Source: Chthonomonadales bacterium
GTDB taxonomy: Bacteria; Armatimonadota; Chthonomonadetes; Chthonomonadales; CAJBBX01
Length of the DNA: 56,260 nucleotides
Assembly: GCA_049967475.1 (NCBI GenBank)
Contig: JBMFSQ010000024.1
Location: 1-56,260, forward strand
Direction of reading: 5' to 3'
Below are positions 28,866-38,948 of the stretch, one piece after another. The notes under the pieces were generated by a model. That model made no database searches and was not told the DNA's origin. It worked only from the letters and a program-made list of their open reading frames with translations. Within the stretch, counting starts at the first letter, position 1. Every line of letters begins with the position of its first letter. The position numbers and the translations under genes are program-made.

Positions 28866-30116
28866 TCAGGTGCGCACCTGCCCGTTGCCCCGAATTATGT
28901 ATTTGTAAGTAGTGAGCTCCCTGAGGCCCATGGGGCCGCGCGCGTGGAGCTTCTGATTGCTGATGCCCACTTCGGCGCCGAAGCCGAATTCGAACCCGTC
29001 GGTGAAGCGGGTGGAGGCGTTTACGTAAACGCAGGCAGCATCCACTTCCTGCACGAAGCGCTGAGCGGCGGAGTAGTCCTCCGTAACGATGGCCTCGCTG
29101 TGGTGAGTTCCGTATCGGTTGATATGCGCGATCGCCTCGTCCAAGCCCGCCACGACCTTCACAGCCAAAATGAGGGCAAGATATTCGGTAGCCCAGTCCT
29201 CTTCCGTTGCTGGGACGATGCCGGGAAGGATCTGCCGTGTGCGTTCACAGCCGCGCAATTCCACTCCGGCATCGCGAAGGCGCTGGGCCAGGGGAGGCAA
29301 GAACTCGTCGGCGATGACCTCGTGCACCAGCAGCGTTTCCATGGCGTTGCATACGGAAGGGCGCGAGCATTTGGCGTTGAAGGCGATGTCTGCCGCCATC
29401 TCCAGATCGGCAGAGCCGTCAACGTATGTGTGGCAATTGCCGGTGCCTGTCTCGATTACGGGCACGGTGGCATTTTCCACCACAGAGCGGATGAGGCCCT
29501 CGCCTCCGCGCGGGATGAGCACATCTATCAGGCCATTCATCCGCATGAGAGCGCGGGCGGCTTCACGATCGGCGGAACGCACCAATTGCACGCCGTCTGC
29601 CGGCAGCGCTGCCTTTTCCATGGCCGCTGCCAGAACTTCAGCGATGGCGGAATTGGATGCCAGAGCCTCGGAACCGCCCCGCAGCAAACAGGCGTTCCCA
29701 GCCTTAATGCAGAGGCCCGCCGCATCGGCGGTAACGTTGGGCCGCGCCTCATAGATGATGCCCACCACACCGAGGGGCGTGCGGACACGCTGGATCTCGA
29801 GGCCGTTGGGCCGCCGCCAGCCCTCCAGCACTTCACCGAGCGGATCCGGCAGGGCGGCGATCTGGCGCAAACCGGCAGCCATGGCTTCAATGCGAGCCGG
29901 GTTCAGAGCAAGGCGGTCCACAAGGGCGGAAGACGTTCCGCGTTGGCGCGCCGCTTCCACATCCTTAGCGTTGGCCTCGAGGATAGCGGTTTGGGCGGCG
30001 AGCAAACCGTGGGCCATAGCGATGAGAGCGTCATTGCGTGCTCCGGCCGACGAAGTGCCGATGCGTGCCGCCGCAGCGCGTGCCCGCTGAGCCATAGCCC
30101 GAACTTCTTCGATCAT
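28866..30116 (-). CDS. proA: Gamma-glutamyl phosphate reductase
   Basis: IYEARPNVT, LRGGSEA, VCNAME, NASTRFTDG and KLHARGPMGL. Confidence 0.97.
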   Translation of the reverse strand: MIEEVRAMAQRARAAAARIGTSSAGARNDALIAMAHGLLAAQTAILEANAKDVEAARQRGTSSALVDRLALNPARIEAMAAGLRQIAALPDPLGEVLEGWRRPNGLEIQRVRTPLGVVGIIYEARPNVTADAAGLCIKAGNACLLRGGSEALASNSAIAEVLAAAMEKAALPADGVQLVRSADREAARALMRMNGLIDVLIPRGGEGLIRSVVENATVPVIETGTGNCHTYVDGSADLEMAADIAFNAKCSRPSVCNAMETLLVHEVIADEFLPPLAQRLRDAGVELRGCERTRQILPGIVPATEEDWATEYLALILAVKVVAGLDEAIAHINRYGTHHSEAIVTEDYSAAQRFVQEVDAACVYVNASTRFTDGFEFGFGAEVGISNQKLHARGPMGLRELTTYKYIIRGNGQVRT

Positions 30117-30227
30117 GTCATCGCCTCATACGTGCGCCTTCAACGGCATCCCCATGCAATGGAGGGAGAGCTCTTTAAAGTATACCGGCTGCGCCCGCGC
30201 CTTGCGCATCTTCCCAAGGCACTCACC

Positions 30228-31526
30228 TCAATCCAAGCGTACCAGGATCTCGTTGGGGCGGTCCCGACGCACTTCAGCTTCGACGGTGCGCGTAAACCGG
30301 GGGGTCTTCACGGTAACGCGATACCGGCCCAGAAAACCGCGGAAAGGAGCGCGTCCGGCGGCGTCTGTCGTGAGGTCGGCCCGTGTCCACCAAGCGTCTT
30401 TCACCAGTTTGAGCAGGCGCTGATAGGCGGGTTTCGGCGATAGATCGGCCCGCACGAGTCCGCCGGGAGCCCCTTGCCAACCGCCGTCGGCGAAATCCCA
30501 CCACGTGATGGCTTGTACCGCCGGATGGCTGAAGAGCACCGTGTAAAACTTCTCTACATAGTCCGCCTGCCGCGCTTCTCCCTCGGGCGTGGTAGGCCAA
30601 GGAAGCTTGCGCTGCCACCCATGCTCGCCGGAAAGGACGGTGACTTCCGTGAAATGCAGGGGTTTGCCCAAGCGGCTGAAGGTGTCGCATACTTCCCACA
30701 CGCGCGTAAGGGGCCACTCGCCCCCGTGCATGTGGCTCTGCAACCCGAAGGCGTCCACCGGCGCCTTCCTTTCGAACAGGCCCTCGGCCAGCTCGAGGTA
30801 GTCGCGATCCAGTTTGAAGTCGTTGTAGATCAGAAAGGCTTTGGGATTTGCCGCATGGGCCCACTCCAGCGCCTCGGCGGTCATGCCGGCTGGGGTGTCT
30901 CGGGATGCCCACGATCCCACACCGTTGTGGAAGCGCGTTGAGCTGGTGGCTTCGTTCACCACGTCCCACCGGTCAATCAGCCCGGCGAAGCGCGCAACGA
31001 TGCTCTTGACCCGGCGCTCAAGAAGGGAGCGGGCCGCCTCTGCATCGCTGGGAGCCCATCTAGGATAGACCTCGTGCCACACGAGGGGATGGCCTTTCAC
31101 CCCCACGCCATGTTCCTTCAGCCACTCTGCCTGGGCCTTGAGCTTGGCTTCATTGGTGTGGCCGGGTGTGGGCTCGTAGGCGCCCCAATAGAAGCCCAAT
31201 GTGGCGTAGTTGAAGAGGGCCGTAAACTCGCGCTCATACGCGGCTTCCTGCTTTGCATCGGAGATGTTCAACAGCGGAAACGCATTGCATCCGAAGAGGA
31301 AGGCGTGGCGGATTTGCTCCACATGCACGGCGGCCCCCTCTACCGGCTTGCCCACTCGGTCCACTACGCGCACGACGGCGCCCGCCTTGCGGTATTTCTC
31401 GATGCGTTCCGCTGCACCAGCCAGGATCTCTTGTTCCGTCATCACCTTTTGCGTCTCTGGAGCGGAGACCGAAGTCGCTCCAACTAGGATCCCCAAGAAA
31501 ACGGGTAGTACCATTGGGGCAAGCAC
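30228..31526 (-). CDS. Secreted GH10 endo-beta-1,4-xylanase-like protein
   Basis: Signal peptide; GHPLVWH, WDVVNE (acid/base), GLQSH, HFTE (nucleophile). Confidence 0.88.
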   Translation of the reverse strand: MLAPMVLPVFLGILVGATSVSAPETQKVMTEQEILAGAAERIEKYRKAGAVVRVVDRVGKPVEGAAVHVEQIRHAFLFGCNAFPLLNISDAKQEAAYEREFTALFNYATLGFYWGAYEPTPGHTNEAKLKAQAEWLKEHGVGVKGHPLVWHEVYPRWAPSDAEAARSLLERRVKSIVARFAGLIDRWDVVNEATSSTRFHNGVGSWASRDTPAGMTAEALEWAHAANPKAFLIYNDFKLDRDYLELAEGLFERKAPVDAFGLQSHMHGGEWPLTRVWEVCDTFSRLGKPLHFTEVTVLSGEHGWQRKLPWPTTPEGEARQADYVEKFYTVLFSHPAVQAITWWDFADGGWQGAPGGLVRADLSPKPAYQRLLKLVKDAWWTRADLTTDAAGRAPFRGFLGRYRVTVKTPRFTRTVEAEVRRDRPNEILVRLD

Positions 31527-31575
31527 CTCCTTTGCTCAGGTGGAAGCGCGCAGTTCTCGGCGTTCACCCATGAGT

Positions 31576-31683
31576 ATTCCTTCCCGTGCTGCGCGCTTCC
31601 TGCACGTATGCCGGAGGAACCCTTTGCGGGCAAGAAGAACAATCCAGCGGGTTCGCGCAGGTACTTTGCGGCCGAGGAAGAAC
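31576..31683. promoter_or_regulatory. Divergent cluster of three SigH-like promoter motifs
   Basis: Minus GCAGGA-N18-GAAT (31603-31576); plus GGAGGA-N18-GAAC (31613-31640); plus GCAGGT-N17-GAAC (31657-31683). Confidence 0.5.
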
Positions 31684-31707
31684 CATCGTCTGGTTTGGAG
31701 GTATCCC

Positions 31708-33237
31708 ATGCGCTATCTGATCGGCATAGATATCGGTACGAGCGGCACCAAGACCCTCCTTGTGACACAAGAGGGCGCGGTGGTGGCTTCTGCATCCCGC
31801 GAATATCCCCTTTATACGCCCAGGCCATTATGGTCGGAACAGAACCCGGCAGACTGGTGGAACGCCGTGTGCGCCACCGTGCAGAATGTGCTCCAAACCT
31901 CCGGAGTGAATGGGCGAGACGTGGCAGGAGTGGGGCTTTCGGGGCAAATGCATGGAGCTGTATTCCTGGACGATCAGAACAGTGTTCTCCGGCCGGCCAT
32001 TCTGTGGAACGATCAGCGTACCCAGGCCGAGTGCGATTGGATCATGGACACCGTCGGCCGGGACCGCGTAGTGGAGCTTATCAGCAATCCCGTGCTCACA
32101 GGCTTCACAGCCGGGAAGATCGTTTGGCTGCGCAACCATGAACCTGAGCTATTCGCCAGAGTGCGCAGAGTGCTTTTGCCGAAGGATTACATCCGCCTCC
32201 TCCTCACAGGCGAGTATGCCACTGAAGTGAGCGACGCATCGGGAACGGCGCTTTTTAACGTGCGCAAGCGCGTGTGGGCTAACGAGATGCTGGAAGCGTG
32301 CGCCATTCCCCGGGAATGGATGCCCCGATCGTACGAGTCGCCCGAGATCACAGGGCGCATCACCTTGGAGGCAGCGCAAGCAACCGGCCTTGCGGAGGGT
32401 ACGCCTGTGGTAGGCGGCGCAGGAGACCAGGCCGCAGGGGCCGTTGGCAATGGCATCGTGGAGACCGGCATCGTGTCTTCAACGGTAGGCACGAGCGGGG
32501 TAGTTTTCGCCTTCAGCGACGAACCCATCGTAGACGTCGGCCTGCGGCTGCACACCTTTTGCCATGCAGTACCAGGCAAGTGGCACCTCATGGGGGTGAT
32601 GCTCTCCGCCGGCGGATCGCTCCAGTGGTACCGGGATGCCTTTGCCCATGAAGAGAAGAGTGTGGCCGCCGCGATGGGTGTGGATCCCTACGAACTAATC
32701 ACTGCGGAAGCCGCCCGAGCGCCTGCGGGGAGCGAAGGCTTGCTCTTCCTTCCCTATCTTACAGGTGAGCGCACCCCATACCCCGACCCCAACGCGCGGG
32801 GAGTGCTGTTCGGCATCACCCGGCGGACGACGAAGGGCCACGTTGCCAGAGCCATCATGGAGGGAGTGGCTTTCGGCCTGCGGGATTCCTTCGAGATCAT
32901 GCAGGCTATGAAGCTCCCCATCCACGAGATACGGGCTTCCGGCGGCGGCGCCCGCAGCGCACTCTGGCGCCAAATTCAGGCGGATGTGACCGGCCTCACC
33001 CACGTTACCACCAACGTGAACGAGGGCCCGGCCCTTGGCGTGGCGATCCTGGCAGGAGTAGGTACAGGCATCTTTCCCAGCGTGCCCGAGGCATGCCGCT
33101 CCCTCATACGCGTTCAGGATCGCACAGAGCCGTGCGCTCCCAACCACGCGGCGTACAACCGCTTCTACAACGTGTACCGCAATCTGTACGGCCATCTCAA
33201 AGCCGACTTTGGCGAGGTGGCGGCTATCCTGGGCTAG
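31708..33237 (+). CDS. xylB: Xylulokinase (FGGY family)
   Basis: GIDIGTSG, SGQMHG, ILWND, SDASGT, GDQAAGA and PYLTGERTP; GGAGG RBS. Confidence 0.9.
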   Translation: MRYLIGIDIGTSGTKTLLVTQEGAVVASASREYPLYTPRPLWSEQNPADWWNAVCATVQNVLQTSGVNGRDVAGVGLSGQMHGAVFLDDQNSVLRPAILWNDQRTQAECDWIMDTVGRDRVVELISNPVLTGFTAGKIVWLRNHEPELFARVRRVLLPKDYIRLLLTGEYATEVSDASGTALFNVRKRVWANEMLEACAIPREWMPRSYESPEITGRITLEAAQATGLAEGTPVVGGAGDQAAGAVGNGIVETGIVSSTVGTSGVVFAFSDEPIVDVGLRLHTFCHAVPGKWHLMGVMLSAGGSLQWYRDAFAHEEKSVAAAMGVDPYELITAEAARAPAGSEGLLFLPYLTGERTPYPDPNARGVLFGITRRTTKGHVARAIMEGVAFGLRDSFEIMQAMKLPIHEIRASGGGARSALWRQIQADVTGLTHVTTNVNEGPALGVAILAGVGTGIFPSVPEACRSLIRVQDRTEPCAPNHAAYNRFYNVYRNLYGHLKADFGEVAAILG

Positions 33238-33259
33238 CAGATCCGGGTCACCACTACCG

Positions 33260-34252
33260 ATGGAGAAGATCTTGACGCAGGCAGTGCTTTTTACAGGGCC
33301 GGAACAGGTGTCCTTCGGCACAGTGGATATGCCGCAGCCAGGGCCCGGCGAAGTACAGGTCCGCACGGTCTATTCCACCGTAAGCGCCGGCACCGAAGGC
33401 TGGGTTCTGAGGAACCTCTTCACGTGGGCGCCTACACCCTATCCATGTGTGCCGGGATACCAGCGAGCCGGCGTCGTGGAGCGCATAGGCGAAGGGGTGA
33501 ACCATCTCTCGCCGGGAGACAGGGTCGTGGCGACCGTGGGCCGGTGGCAGGGCGAACCGAGGCCCCATTGGGGAGCTCATGCCGCCCTCGCCAATACCCC
33601 CGCCGCGGAGATCTATGCCATGCCGCAAGGGTTGGACCTTCTGGAGGCATCGGGCGCTGTAGTGGCCCAGGTGGGGTACAATGCCGCCTCCCGTGTTGAA
33701 CTCCAGCCCGATGATTGGTGCGTGGTGTACGGCGACGGCCTCATCGGCCAATTTGCGGCCCAGGCGCTTAGGGCTCGCGGAGCCCGCGTCGCGCTCGTGG
33801 GCCGCCGGAGGCATCGCCTGAAGCTGGCACAGGAGTATTCGGCCGATTATACCCTCGCCGCAGGACCGGACGCTGCCGCCCGGATCCGTGAGATTACGCG
33901 AGGCAGCCCCGTGCGGGCCGTTCTGGACACGGTCCAAACTGTGGAAGCCCAAAGGGAGTATCTTCCGCTCCTGCAGCACGCCGACGGCCAGATTGTCTAC
34001 TGCGGCTTCACGCCCGGTGATACCTGGGCGAACATGGCTCTGCTTCAGCAACAGGAACTCACGACGCACTTCGTGTCGGGATGGACGCGGCCGCGCATGG
34101 AGGCGACTCTTGCGCTGATGGCTCAGGGCGCCCTCAGGCTGCGTCCCCTGTTGACGCACGTGGAGAGGCCTTCCAACGCACCGCGCCTCTACGGCGCGAT
34201 CTTGTCGAAGGAAGCCGACACACTGGGTATCGCCTTGGATTGGCTCGCCTAA
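33260..34252 (+). CDS. MDR/zinc-binding dehydrogenase-like protein
   Basis: VSAGTE, PGY (replaces GHE) and GDGLIG Rossmann motif. Confidence 0.8.
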   Translation: MEKILTQAVLFTGPEQVSFGTVDMPQPGPGEVQVRTVYSTVSAGTEGWVLRNLFTWAPTPYPCVPGYQRAGVVERIGEGVNHLSPGDRVVATVGRWQGEPRPHWGAHAALANTPAAEIYAMPQGLDLLEASGAVVAQVGYNAASRVELQPDDWCVVYGDGLIGQFAAQALRARGARVALVGRRRHRLKLAQEYSADYTLAAGPDAAARIREITRGSPVRAVLDTVQTVEAQREYLPLLQHADGQIVYCGFTPGDTWANMALLQQQELTTHFVSGWTRPRMEATLALMAQGALRLRPLLTHVERPSNAPRLYGAILSKEADTLGIALDWLA

Positions 34253-34291
34253 CCTCAAACGGAGGCATGGCTGGAACGGAAGGGATGCTTC

Positions 34292-35191
34292 ATGAATGTA
34301 CTCATCACCGGAGCTTTCGGCTTCATCGGCCGCCGGCTTACCGAAGAGTTGGAGCAACGCCACGCACTGCGCCTGCTGGACCGGTGCAGGCCGGAAGAAG
34401 CCACTCTCTTCGTCCCCGGAAAACCGGACCGGGCCGCCGCGCCGATCCGGCCCCGCCATCCATTCGTCACCGCCGAGATCACCCACGCGGAAGCAATCCG
34501 CGCAGCCGTGGATGGCATGGACGCCGTGATCCACCTTGCGGCATCAGTGACGGGCCTGCCCCAATTCGGGGTGGACACCTTCCGGGACAATGCTCTGGGG
34601 ACCTTTATCGTCCTCGATGAGGCGCGCAAGGCAGGGGTCCGGCGTTTCCTATGCGCCTCCAGCGTCAATGCCTTCGGAACCATCTACTGGCGCATCAGTG
34701 GAAGGCCGCCCGTCTACACGCGCCTACCGCTGGATGAGAGCTACCCCCCGGAGCCAGAGGATCCCTACTCCCTCTCCAAATGGGTCAACGAAGAGACATG
34801 CGCTGCCTTCCACCGCGCCTACGGCATCACCACCGCAGCCTTCCGTTTCGCGGGCGTATGGACCGACGAGATGTACCGGACGCAAATCGAGCAGGGTCTG
34901 GCGCCAACTACAGCCTGGTCCGACGATCTCTTTCAATGGGTGCACGTGGCCGACGTGGTGCGCGGTTTGACGCAGGCTCTGGAGGCACCCGGCCTGCCCG
35001 GCCATGGTGTCTATTACCTTGGCGCGGCCGACACCCGCTGCCCTGAGCCTACCATGGAGATCCTGGAGCGCTTCCGCCCGGATTTGGCGGCACGGATTAC
35101 GGCCCCGCTCCCGGGTCGTGACACGCTGATTTCCATTGAGGCTGCGAAACGGGCTTTTGGCTATGCTCCGGCCTATCGCCTGGGGCCTTAG
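34292..35191 (+). CDS. NAD-dependent epimerase/dehydratase
   Basis: TGAFGFIG, HLAA, ASS and YSLSK. Confidence 0.88.
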   Translation: MNVLITGAFGFIGRRLTEELEQRHALRLLDRCRPEEATLFVPGKPDRAAAPIRPRHPFVTAEITHAEAIRAAVDGMDAVIHLAASVTGLPQFGVDTFRDNALGTFIVLDEARKAGVRRFLCASSVNAFGTIYWRISGRPPVYTRLPLDESYPPEPEDPYSLSKWVNEETCAAFHRAYGITTAAFRFAGVWTDEMYRTQIEQGLAPTTAWSDDLFQWVHVADVVRGLTQALEAPGLPGHGVYYLGAADTRCPEPTMEILERFRPDLAARITAPLPGRDTLISIEAAKRAFGYAPAYRLGP

Positions 35192-35384
35192 GTGAAAGAA
35201 GCTGTTCTTCCGCAGTCTCGAAGCAGCCTCGTACCAGGCAGGGCGGGTCTGTGCACGCGAGCTTCCTTCTCCCAGATCCCCCGTGCCGGCGGGGATGCAA
35301 GGGCTGGTTTCTCTACCCGCGACGAGGAACGCCTTACCGATTGTGCGGGCATGTTCCCTGAGGAATAACGGAAGGGACCCCGCC

Positions 35385-35413
35385 TTGACGGGGAAGGGTG
35401 CGTCTGCTAGAAT
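35385..35413 (+). promoter_or_regulatory. Sigma70 promoter TTGACG-N17-TAGAAT with extended -10
   Basis: Near consensus, upstream of AAGGAG RBS and ATG 35477. Confidence 0.75.
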
Positions 35414-35476
35414 GGCATATGCGGAGTTCCCCCATGGCCGGTAGGCCCCTAAGCTGTTGAAGGAGAAAGTGCGTCT

Positions 35477-36988
35477 ATGGCAACCGCTGTGGCATCCCCA
35501 CCCCTGGCGCTTGAGATGCGCCACATCAGCAAGACCTATCCCGGAGTTCGCGCACTCGATGATGTGAGCCTGCAGGTGCGCCAGGGCGAAATCCACGCCC
35601 TCGTGGGTGAGAACGGCGCGGGCAAGTCCACCCTCATGAAGATCCTTGCCGGCGCCCAACCCAAAGATAGCGGGGAGATCCTCATAGACGGCAAGCCGGT
35701 GCATATCGAAACACCCCAGCAAGCTATGGATTTGGGAGTGTCCGTTATCTACCAGGAATTCAACCTGGTACCCTACCTCAACGCCGCAGAGAACATCTTT
35801 TTGGGAAGGGAGCCCCGTGCGACCTTACCGGGCTTCGTGGATTTTAGAACCATGTACCGCGAAGCCCAGCAGATTATTGACCGCTTGGGCGTTCCCATCA
35901 ACGTGCGCACACCCGTCAATCGCCTCTCGGTGGCTCAGCAGCAGATGGTGGAGATTGCCAAAGCCACCTCGCGCAAAAGCAAGATCATCGTGATGGACGA
36001 ACCCTCTGCCACCCTCACCGAACATGAGCTGCAGAGCCTCTTCGCCCTCATGCGGCAGCTCAAAGCCGAAGGCATCGCCATCATCTACATCTCTCACCGG
36101 CTCGAGGAGATCTTCGAGATCTGCGACCGCGTAACGGTTCTGAGAGATGGGCATTGGATTGCCACACGCGATGTGAAGGACGTAACCCGCGACGAGATCA
36201 TCCGCCTTATGGTAGGGCGTGAACTCAAGCACATGATCCCTAAAGAGCCGGCCGAGATTGGTGAACCCGCCCTCGCCGTTCGGGGCCTCAGCCGCAAAGG
36301 AGTACTCCACGACATCAACCTCACGGTGCACAAAGGGGAAGTGCTTGGGCTTGCCGGGCTCGTGGGTGCCGGCCGAACAGAATTGGCCCGCTGCATCTTC
36401 GGGGCGGACCGCTTCGACAGCGGCACCATCGAACTCTTCGGGAGGCCGGTGCGCATCAAGTCCCCTCAAGACGCCATTCGTATGGGCATCGGCCTTGTAA
36501 CGGAGGACCGCAAGGCCCAGGGGCTCATCCTGGGAATGGTGGTGCGAGAAAACATCACCCTGGCCAATCTCCCGGCAGTCTCCGCCTTCAACTTCATCCT
36601 GGCTGCGCGGGAGCGCGAGGTCGCGCGCAAGTACGTGAACGACCTACAGGTGAAGACGCCCTCCATCGAGCAGACGGTGCAGAACCTCTCCGGCGGGAAC
36701 CAGCAGAAGGTGGTCCTCGCAAAATGGCTCTTTACCAACTCGAAGGTGCTGATCTTCGATGAGCCCACCCGAGGGATTGATGTAGGTGCCAAGACCGAGA
36801 TCTACCAGCTCATGAACGAACTGGCGCGGCGCGGAGTGGCCATCATCATGATCTCGTCGGAGCTGCCCGAGGTACTCGGAATGAGCGACCGCATCGTAGT
36901 GATGCACGAAGGCCGCATCACCGGCGAACTCCTGCGTGAAGAGGCCACACAGGAGAAGATCATGAACCTGGCCACCGGCGGCTCGTAA
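35477..36988 (+). CDS. CUT2 sugar ABC transporter ATPase (RbsA/MglA-like)
   Basis: GENGAGKST, duplicated [11 protein letters not shown] and DEPTRGID. Confidence 0.95.
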   Translation: MATAVASPPLALEMRHISKTYPGVRALDDVSLQVRQGEIHALVGENGAGKSTLMKILAGAQPKDSGEILIDGKPVHIETPQQAMDLGVSVIYQEFNLVPYLNAAENIFLGREPRATLPGFVDFRTMYREAQQIIDRLGVPINVRTPVNRLSVAQQQMVEIAKATSRKSKIIVMDEPSATLTEHELQSLFALMRQLKAEGIAIIYISHRLEEIFEICDRVTVLRDGHWIATRDVKDVTRDEIIRLMVGRELKHMIPKEPAEIGEPALAVRGLSRKGVLHDINLTVHKGEVLGLAGLVGAGRTELARCIFGADRFDSGTIELFGRPVRIKSPQDAIRMGIGLVTEDRKAQGLILGMVVRENITLANLPAVSAFNFILAAREREVARKYVNDLQVKTPSIEQTVQNLSGGNQQKVVLAKWLFTNSKVLIFDEPTRGIDVGAKTEIYQLMNELARRGVAIIMISSELPEVLGMSDRIVVMHEGRITGELLREEATQEKIMNLATGGS

Positions 36989-37003
36989 ACGCGCTTCGCA
37001 GCA

Positions 37004-37222
37004 TCACGCGAAGGGGTTCTGTGTGATCACGGCCATCTCGGGCGCAGCCTGCAGCGGTGTCTCTTCTCCCTCCACAGGCATCTTAAAGAATGCCCTCGCC
37101 GAATTTCCCTCCATGAGGCATACGGATACGAGCTCCCAGCCCTTCTCGCCTTCGGCATTCAGCTTCGCTTCGGCGATGGAAAGATCCCGAATGATCAGGG
37201 TGTGATAGCGCCAGCGTCGCAT
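37004..37222 (-). CDS. Small DUF4177-like protein
   Basis: WRY...LNAEGEKGWELVSV...FFK pattern; purine-rich RBS. Confidence 0.75.
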   Translation of the reverse strand: MRRWRYHTLIIRDLSIAEAKLNAEGEKGWELVSVCLMEGNSARAFFKMPVEGEETPLQAAPEMAVITQNPFA

Positions 37223-37367
37223 ACCTGAACCCCTTTCCCAGCCGCAGGGACGGAGCGCAGATGCCTGCCCATCAGCGGCTGAAGGCAGTGCCGGCGTGCA
37301 CCTAGCTGCCGGCGGATGTTCCCCTCTCTATTTACGTGAGACGAGCCATGCCACGCAACGGTACCGT

Positions 37368-38582
37368 TTATTTCACCACAACTCCCGTTCTTTCCCGCAC
37401 CAGGCTTCGGCGGTAATCATCCAAACTGAAGCGAAGGTAGGCATATGCGATGCGTACAGCATCCCCTACACACTGTTCCTCCGTGCGCAGGCGCGCAACA
37501 TGGCGCACATACTCCGTGCGCGCGGCGGTACCCCCGGCCAACCGATCCTTCCACACCACGGCGCCGTCCGACGTGCGGATGAGCGCAGCCTCGGCCACTG
37601 CATCTGCCCTCCGTTCCACTCCGGGCTTCATGACGGCGCCGTCAGGAACATTTATCGCCTCATCACTCAATGCAAGCTCTACCACACGGCTTATAAACAA
37701 GTAGTCCGCGCGCAGGTGTTTGGCCATGCGAACGGCATAGTCTGTGTCCGGATCGCCTGCGGCCGTCCAAAAGTCGTCGAGTTGCAGTCCCAGGTGGCGC
37801 AGGGCAGCCCGGATGCGCTGAGGCGGCACCAAAGGAACGAACGGCGGGATTGCAGGCTGAAACAACACGTCGGCCGCCCGTTGTAAAGCGGGGATCGGGA
37901 CGGCTGCGGACGTACCATCCGCCAAGCGTTTTGCTACCACAGACGGCACCGCAGCCGGTACGATGGCTGCGCCGTGCCAATCGGCGAAGAGCGGCTCGGT
38001 CCCGAATATGAGAGCATGGGCCAACTCACGGCCCGCCTGCTCTCCGGCGGCCTCGGCAAGCTTCTCGTCTGGCGTAATCAAGGCCTTAAAGAGGGGGATC
38101 CTCAAACGCGCTTCCCACCCGTAGGCATGATACGGCCCCATAACCGTACCGTCGGATTTTACCACCCGTGCAGACACCTGCATCCAGACCTCCCGCTGGG
38201 TGGATCCGCGCACGCCGAAACCCTCTATACCGGTGTGGACGAGAGCATCGGCGCCATAACGAGCGAGGCATTCCCGCTCGTCCTCGTATGAGATTGCCGT
38301 CTGTGTAACCGCTGCAATGGTGATCCCGGGTACTTGGGCAAGGCGTGTTTGCAACGCCTGTACGAAGTGCTCCACGGCTTGTTTTTGGAGCCGGCCTGCA
38401 TCGTCAGGTGTGGGTGCACGCAGAAGGGCAGGCTTCCCGCCGTGGGGGTGTTGATGGGCTACACGCAATTGAGGGACCACCAGCACCAGCGTACGCACAT
38501 ACGCCAGCGGAAGCTGGTGCTGCACCCGTCCGGCCGCACAGAGGCCCAAAACTATCGCACCAAGGATGCCTGCGCTTGACAC
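37368..38582 (-). CDS. Exported hypothetical protein with two CsgG/TolB-N/LpoB-like domains
   Basis: Signal-like N-terminus; two similar segments (YGADALV...ARVVKSDG and LRADYLF...LIRTSDGAVVW). Confidence 0.55.
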   Translation of the reverse strand: MSSAGILGAIVLGLCAAGRVQHQLPLAYVRTLVLVVPQLRVAHQHPHGGKPALLRAPTPDDAGRLQKQAVEHFVQALQTRLAQVPGITIAAVTQTAISYEDERECLARYGADALVHTGIEGFGVRGSTQREVWMQVSARVVKSDGTVMGPYHAYGWEARLRIPLFKALITPDEKLAEAAGEQAGRELAHALIFGTEPLFADWHGAAIVPAAVPSVVAKRLADGTSAAVPIPALQRAADVLFQPAIPPFVPLVPPQRIRAALRHLGLQLDDFWTAAGDPDTDYAVRMAKHLRADYLFISRVVELALSDEAINVPDGAVMKPGVERRADAVAEAALIRTSDGAVVWKDRLAGGTAARTEYVRHVARLRTEEQCVGDAVRIAYAYLRFSLDDYRRSLVRERTGVVVK

Positions 38583-38605
38583 TGCCTTCTCTCAACCAGT
38601 ATACT
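38576..38605 (+). promoter_or_regulatory. Sigma70 promoter TTGACA-N18-TATACT for the HTH-wzm-wzt unit
   Basis: Near consensus; -10 lies in the palindrome CAGTATACTG. Confidence 0.6.
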
Positions 38606-38611
38606 GTGCAC

Positions 38612-38638
38612 GTTCGCCGCCGCCCGCAAGAGTCCTCT
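38612..38638 (-). promoter_or_regulatory. Putative SigH-like promoter AGAGGA-N17-GAAC
   Basis: Recurring motif, 30 nt upstream of GTG 38582. Confidence 0.4.
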
Positions 38639-38717
38639 GCCGGGATTTTAGGCCTAACATGCATACGAGGACGCGGCGCGGGCAGCCCGATGCAGACCCC
38701 ACGGACCAGAGGAGATC

Positions 38718-38948
38718 ATGGAGAACGGCTCCCGCGACCTTTACACTGTGGCGCAGGCGGCTGATTACCTGCAGGTGAGCCAGTCCAGCATCCGTTCCTA
38801 CATCCGCCAAGGGATGCTGAAAGCTTACCGCATAGCCGGTAAGCGCAAGGTGCTCATTCCGCGCGAAGAACTCCTGGCGCTGCTGGCGCCTGCTCGATCG
38901 GACCCCCGGCCACCTGCCGAAGGGAGCGATGCCACGGGTGAAGGATGA
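38718..38948 (+). CDS. Excisionase-family (HTH_17) DNA-binding protein
   Basis: LYTVAQAADYLQVS..IRSYIRQG.L.A.RI...KVLIPREEL; GAGGAG RBS. Confidence 0.88.
   Translation: MENGSRDLYTVAQAADYLQVSQSSIRSYIRQGMLKAYRIAGKRKVLIPREELLALLAPARSDPRPPAEGSDATGEG

Noticed and set aside
28866..30116. proA without adjacent proB
   Set aside because: Split proA/proB is common, and operons appear scattered in this genome
28593..30443. 616-aa plus-strand ORF
   Set aside because: Antisense shadow of proA and the oxidoreductase; no motifs; expected in high-GC DNA
35192..35384. ncRNA or small ORF in the 190-nt gap
   Set aside because: Only a GC hairpin (ATCCCC...GGGGAT); no recognisable RNA family or RBS-supported ORF
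37223..37367. Structured leader before the DUF4177-like gene (CAGCCGC/GCGGCTG)
   Set aside because: A single stem in high-GC DNA with no supporting promoter or motif
38718..38948. Prophage or ICE implied by the excisionase-like gene
   Set aside because: No integrase, tRNA, att repeats, phage genes or evident compositional shift
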